This document shows, one piece after another, positions 1 to 501 of a DNA stretch of 501 nucleotides (positions within the stretch are counted from its first letter, which is position 1; every line of letters starts with the position of its first letter). The notes below the pieces were generated by a model. The model did no database searches. It saw only the letters and a program-made list of their open reading frames with translations, and was not told the DNA's origin. The stretch comes from a phage. The DNA is taken from sequence record MH607138.1; one strand, written 5' to 3'. The position numbers were made by a program, and so were the translations under genes.

Positions 1-501
1 ATGCAGATCTTCAACATGCGTACCAACGACGAAGGTGTTCTGGGTCTGCGTCTGACCCTGTACAAAGACACCCGTGGTTTCTGGACCATCGGTGCTGGTA
101 TCTGGACCGTTTGCGCTAACCCGGTTTGCGCTGGTGCTCTGGACCGTATGATCGGTCGTAAATGCAACCCGACCGTTTGCCTGCTGAAAGCTCGTAAACA
201 GTTCAACAAAAAAGTTAACAAAGCTGGTCGTGGTGCTATCGCTGGTAACGCTTCTGTTAAACCGGTTTACAAATCTCTGAAAGCTGGTCTGGCTTCTGCT
301 CTGGTTAACATGGCTTTCCGTCGTGCTTCTTTCCCGTACAACGTTGCTTTCCGTTCTCTGCGTCTGCTGAAAAAACAGAAACGTTGGCGTAACCTGAACG
401 CTGGTAAAGCTTGCCGTAAATGGTACCGTCAGACCCCGAACCGTGCTAAACGTGTTATCAAAACCTGGGCTGGTGGTAAAGTTTCTCGTCGTGACATCGA
501 A
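1..501 (+). CDS. Phage T4-type lysozyme-like muramidase (GH24 / endolysin fold), synthetic codon-optimised variant; 167 codons, 3' end open (no stop codon in window)
   Basis: Seen in sequence: ATG at 1-3 and frame +1 open across all 167 codons (501 = 167 x 3). The other two forward frames hit stops early (e.g. TGA at 52-54 in frame +2, TAA in frame +3 near 116-118). Translation aligns by eye along its full length to T4 lysozyme as I recall it: MxIFxM..DEG at the N-terminus, LRLxxYKDTxGxxTIGxG, IGRxCN, KPVYxSL, INM, SLRxLxxKRW, WYxQTPNRAKRVI. Catalytic residues are conserved: Glu11 (nt 31-33), Asp23 (nt 67-69, = T4L Asp20), Thr29 (nt 85-87, = T4L Thr26). Codon usage is strictly one codon per amino acid (cgt, ctg, ggt, gct, aaa, acc, ccg, tct, gtt, aac, gac, gaa, cag, ttc, tac, atc, tgc, tgg, atg), so the DNA is a back-translated design. 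Product assignment rests on recalled T4L sequence, not a database search. Confidence 0.88.
   Translation, partial: MQIFNMRTNDEGVLGLRLTLYKDTRGFWTIGAGIWTVCANPVCAGALDRMIGRKCNPTVCLLKARKQFNKKVNKAGRGAIAGNASVKPVYKSLKAGLASALVNMAFRRASFPYNVAFRSLRLLKKQKRWRNLNAGKACRKWYRQTPNRAKRVIKTWAGGKVSRRDIE

Noticed and set aside
5-10. Restriction sites: BglII agatct (5-10), HpaI gttaac (214-219, 304-309), AgeI accggt (261-266), HindIII aagctt (407-412), KpnI ggtacc (422-427)
   Set aside because: Each arises from ordinary concatenation of the fixed codons (for example cag-atc-ttc gives agatct, gtt-aac gives gttaac). None is at an ORF boundary, so they are not cloning scars or designed junctions.
16-18. Internal in-frame ATG codons (Met6 at 16-18, Met50 at 148-150, Met104 at 310-312) as alternative starts
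   Set aside because: No Shine-Dalgarno-like purine-rich sequence precedes any of them, and homology to T4 lysozyme begins at Met1 (MxIF), so the first ATG is the start.
101-180. Short direct DNA repeats: tctggaccgt (101-110 and 138-147), gtttgcgct (109-117 and 124-132), accgtttgc (106-114 and 172-180)
   Set aside because: A by-product of the one-codon-per-amino-acid table combined with recurring short peptide motifs (V-C-A, T-V-C, W-T / L-D-R). The 10-mer even occurs in different codon phases. Too short and irregular for CRISPR, IS inverted repeats or att sites.
208-213. A6 tracts from Lys-Lys (aaaaaa at 208-213 and 370-375) as possible slippery or frameshift sites
   Set aside because: Only six A residues, with no downstream stimulatory structure evident, and the sequence is an artificial back-translation. 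They are simply adjacent AAA Lys codons.
1-501. Reverse-strand or alternative-frame coding potential, RNA genes, promoters, terminators, mobile elements, CRISPR arrays
   Set aside because: Forward frames +2 and +3 are interrupted by stops within the first ~120 nt. The minus strand was not translated in full, but its composition is fixed by the forward single-codon design and it has no independent support. No hairpin plus U-tract terminator, no -35/-10-like promoter context (the window is entirely coding), and no tRNA-like or repeat-spacer structure were seen.
1-501. Interpretation as a novel natural multi-component biological system (for example a defence island or toxin-antitoxin pair)
   Set aside because: The window contains a single gene with unambiguous synthetic codon usage and recognisable lysozyme homology. 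Nothing indicates a second component or a natural genomic context.

Overview
The whole 501-nt window is a single, uninterrupted + strand reading frame (167 codons, ATG at 1-3, no stop inside the window) encoding a phage T4-type lysozyme-like protein (glycoside hydrolase family 24 / phage endolysin fold). Translation: MQIFNMRTNDEGVLGLRLTLYKDTRGFWTIGAGIWTVCANPVCAGALDRMIGRKCNPTVCLLKARKQFNKKVNKAGRGAIAGNASVKPVYKSLKAGLASALVNMAFRRASFPYNVAFRSLRLLKKQKRWRNLNAGKACRKWYRQTPNRAKRVIKTWAGGKVSRRDIE. Aligned by eye to T4 lysozyme (gene e product, 164 aa, recalled from memory) it is roughly 40-50% identical, with the catalytic Glu/Asp/Thr conserved and a near-identical C-terminal block WYxQTPNRAKRVI. The DNA is almost certainly not natural: every amino acid is written with exactly one codon (19 codons for 19 amino acids, all E. 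coli-preferred), the signature of in-silico back-translation. The protein is extremely cationic (37 Lys+Arg vs 6 Asp+Glu, no His), with acidic residues kept essentially only at the catalytic positions, and it carries a four-cysteine C-x4-C ... C-x4-C cluster absent from T4 lysozyme. My reading is that this is a designed, generated or engineered lysozyme variant back-translated for E. coli expression, not a natural genomic locus or a multi-gene system. There is no promoter, RBS, terminator, RNA gene, mobile element or CRISPR array in the window.
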